Positions 17,006 through 18,172 of a stretch of DNA of 18,172 nucleotides are shown in pieces (within the stretch, counting starts at the first letter, position 1; each line of letters starts with the position of its first letter). The stretch covers positions 1 to 18,172 of the IMG/VR virus record IMGVR_UViG_3300028591_000955; one strand, 5' to 3'. The position numbers and the translations under genes were made by a program. This DNA is from a virus. The notes beneath the pieces were generated by a model. That model saw only the letters and a program-made list of their open reading frames with translations. It ran no database searches and was not told the DNA's origin.

Positions 17006-17034
17006 ATTATAACATTTATTTTTTTAATTTTCAA
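17006..17034 (-). promoter_or_regulatory. Near-consensus sigma-70-type promoter with extended -10, reading toward the acidic ORFs and terS
   Basis: On the minus strand TTGAAA (17034-17029), a 17-nt spacer ending in TGT, then TATAAT (17011-17006). Confidence 0.6.
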
Positions 17035-17060
17035 TAATTCTTCTATAATCAAGCCTTTTG

Positions 17061-17183
17061 GTTGACGGAACCCGCCTTGGCGGGGGCCGTAGAAGATTTG
17101 CCGACGAAGTCGGGAACATCTTCGTATAGGGCCACTAATTAGGGGTAAGTGGGCGAAGCCCCAAATAAGGTCCCTATTAGGGA
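17061..17183. other. GC-rich, densely base-paired island: candidate structured ncRNA or cis-acting DNA site of unassigned family
   Basis: About 55% GC by hand count (66/120 over 17061-17180) in a much more AT-rich window. Nested helices: 17065-68/17087-90 encloses 17071-75/17080-84 (CUUG loop); 17092-97/17118-23 encloses 17101-05/17109-13 (GAA loop); 17126-31/17172-77 encloses 17151-54/17158-61 (GAA loop). No credible protein-coding reading. Confidence 0.5.
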
Positions 17184-17271
17184 TTTGAATTAAAAATGTC
17201 AATTTGTATGAATTAAAAATGTCAACTATCTTATGTTTGTATGAATTAAAAATGTCAATTTGTATGAATTA
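17184..17271. repeat. Iteron array: 3.5 direct copies of (TTTGTAT)GAATTAAAAATGTCAA
   Basis: GAATTAAAAATGTCAA occurs at 17187-17202, 17210-17225 and 17243-17258, with a partial copy GAATTA at 17266-17271. Spacings are 23, 33 and 23 bp (about 2, 3 and 2 helical turns). Confidence 0.8.
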
Positions 17272-17291
17272 GTTTTGTCCGCTAAACCGGT

Positions 17292-18002
17292 CTAAAAGAC
17301 GAAATGTTCTTCTTTTGGAATAATTGTTTCTTCTTCAAAAAATCTTCCTTTTTCTTCCGTAGTTTGTGCGACAAAAGTTAATAACTTTCTTGGAACTGGG
17401 TGAACCGAATGCTCTGTATCATAATAATCTTCATAATCAATAAAATGATTGGCTTTAAGGTTTTTTAAGATATTTTTTAAAACCATTTCAATTTGAGAAT
17501 TAGCACTACCACGAGTAGAAGCACTATAACCAAAAGCAACTTTTAATTCGTGTATTGTAAAGTCATATGTGCTACCCTCTTTTTCTTTCCACAAATATTT
17601 ATCCAATAAATAAACATACACTCGGACAGCCATTTTATTATAAACAGAAGTGAGTTCTTGTAATATTCCAGCAGAGACGACGCAATATTTGCTTATTTTA
17701 TCGTATGGAAAATAATATTGCTTTGTTTCCTCATCAAAAGCCATCAATTCATTTTCTTCGCTCATTAACACTTCAATTTTTCTGGAAATGGTGCGAGAGC
17801 TTTTCTTACCAAGTAAATCCGCTAATACAACTTTCGCATCTTGTAATGCCTTTTCTGTTAAGTATACTCGCTTTTTTACATTATCATAAGTAGCAATTCC
17901 TTGTAAATAACCGTATACAATGTCATCAATTTTAAACGACATAAAAGCACCTTCGGTAGGCATACGACGAGGGTGCTGGATTTCTTTCTTAATTATAGCC
18001 AT
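17292..18002 (-). CDS. Winged-helix DNA-binding protein, replication-initiator/replisome-organiser-like (236 aa)
   Basis: Track ORF 17292..18014 trimmed to the ATG at 18000-18002, which follows AAGGAG. The segment ...MAVRVYVYLLDKYLWKEKEGSTYDFTIHELKVAFGYS...LKNLKANHFIDY looks like a Rep/DnaD-type wHTH. Iterons lie immediately downstream. Function is inferred only. Confidence 0.4.
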   Translation of the reverse strand: MAIIKKEIQHPRRMPTEGAFMSFKIDDIVYGYLQGIATYDNVKKRVYLTEKALQDAKVVLADLLGKKSSRTISRKIEVLMSEENELMAFDEETKQYYFPYDKISKYCVVSAGILQELTSVYNKMAVRVYVYLLDKYLWKEKEGSTYDFTIHELKVAFGYSASTRGSANSQIEMVLKNILKNLKANHFIDYEDYYDTEHSVHPVPRKLLTFVAQTTEEKGRFFEEETIIPKEEHFVF

Positions 18003-18039
18003 ATTTATAAACACTCCTTATCTCATTTAGCCATCTCTA

Positions 18040-18141
18040 CTCCTTAAAGAGAAGGGGCAGGTGCTGAAATATGGTAGAAGGCACCTGCCCTTAAAGGAGT
18101 AATGACCTAATATAAATGGCTAACAAGTATTTCAGGTCATT
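18040..18141 (-). promoter_or_regulatory. Structured 5' leader/operator region of the wHTH gene
   Basis: A 10-bp GC-rich stem (18055-18064/18081-18090, 16-nt loop) is extended by CTCCTTAAAG (18040-18049) pairing with TTAAAGGAG (18091-18099). A second inverted repeat, AATGACCT (18101-18108) / AGGTCATT (18134-18141), overlaps the predicted transcription start. Confidence 0.45.
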
Positions 18142-18144
18142 ATT

Positions 18145-18172
18145 ATTATAACAAAAAAATTATTCTATGTCA
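18145..18172 (-). promoter_or_regulatory. Sigma-70-type promoter with extended -10; the -35 is cut by the window edge
   Basis: On the minus strand (T)TGACA (18172-18168, first base outside the window), a 17-nt spacer ending in TGT, then TATAAT (18150-18145). Confidence 0.5.

Larger units (their letters stand above)
1..18172 (-). mobile_element. Tailed-phage (siphovirus-like) genome segment: end of replication module, packaging, head, neck/fibre and tail modules, co-oriented on the minus strand
   Basis: Canonical synteny terS-terL-portal-MuF-scaffold-MCP-connector-...-major tail-chaperone-Dit. Genes are tightly packed, with overlapping stop/start (TAATG) junctions and GGAGG-type ribosome-binding sites. 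Confidence 0.9.

Noticed and set aside
17040-17200. Suppressor tRNA (anticodon UCA) hidden in the GC-rich island
   Set aside because: The only UCA in a U-UCA-A context (minus strand, ~17186-17188) has no flanking anticodon stem. No 7-bp acceptor or T-arm with a 7-nt loop can be drawn on either strand. A tRNAscan-SE run would settle this.
16996-17202. 68-aa Arg-rich ORF across the GC-rich island
   Set aside because: It has no ribosome-binding site and runs through the promoter and the iterons. Its composition (R, G, P) is what any frame of a GC-rich hairpin cluster produces.
17184-17271. Direct repeats read as a mini CRISPR array or a ToxI-like repeat RNA
   Set aside because: The units are 16-23 bp with only 7-17 bp between them. 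There are only 3.5 copies and no adjacent cas or toxin gene. The helical phasing fits protein-binding iterons better.
155-17893. The eleven plus-strand track ORFs (155..370, 5427..5633, 8083..8307, 9144..9362, 9617..9967, 12897..13088, 13111..13326, 13299..13502, 14149..14331, 15441..15692, 17705..17893)
   Set aside because: Each lies antisense to and wholly inside a well-supported minus-strand gene. They lack ribosome-binding sites and have low-complexity, Phe/Ile/Ser/Leu-rich translations typical of shadow ORFs in AT-rich DNA.
5065-18014. N-terminal extensions in track ORFs (5065-5094, 5450-5479, 7364-7453, 10287-10328, 12347-12373, 18003-18014)
   Set aside because: They begin at TTG/GTG or an upstream ATG without a ribosome-binding site, and run through upstream genes, hairpins or the true ribosome-binding site. 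An internal ATG with a well-spaced GGAGG-type site is the better start in each case.
1-18172. Diversity-generating retroelement, retron, CRISPR, integrase/attachment or toxin-antitoxin modules
   Set aside because: I found no reverse-transcriptase-like, integrase-like or toxin-like ORF. I also saw no long near-identical template/variable repeat pair by eye, and the only shared DNA block is the short fibre linker. The giant gene's C-terminus lies outside the window, so a DGR target there cannot be excluded.

Overview
This AT-rich ~18 kb window is part of a tailed (siphovirus-type) phage or prophage, and every convincing gene is on the minus strand. In transcription order (high to low coordinates) it contains:
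- a promoter truncated at the window edge, followed by a hairpin-rich leader;
- a winged-helix/replication-initiator-like gene (17292..18002);
- a 3.5-copy iteron array and a ~55% GC, densely structured island;
- a near-consensus promoter, two tiny hyper-acidic ORFs and an intrinsic terminator;
- terS, a small ORF, terL, an SPP1-type portal, a MuF-like minor head protein, scaffold and an HK97-fold major capsid protein with a strong terminator;
- head-tail connector genes, then a ~3.7 kb cassette of collagen-like/fibre genes;
- gp10-like and tail-terminator-like genes, the major tail protein and a chaperone-like gene;
- a giant Dit-like tail-tip gene (>1,460 codons, runs off the window) with >=11 MucBP-like repeats.

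Main observation: the standard-code ORF track is fragmented because 23 in-frame TGA codons (hand count) interrupt 10 structural genes. Every fragment rejoins in the same frame. TGA falls where Trp is expected, and every genuine stop I checked is TAA or TAG. The element is therefore decoded with TGA=Trp (table-4-like). TGA-Trp is absent from the genes upstream of the terminator that precedes terS.

Other points:
- No tape-measure gene sits where synteny predicts one.
- A fibre cassette sits inside the connector gene block.
- A neck protein is fused to an acidic/transmembrane tail, with a TGA at the junction.

All product names come from motif recollection and synteny. No database search was run.
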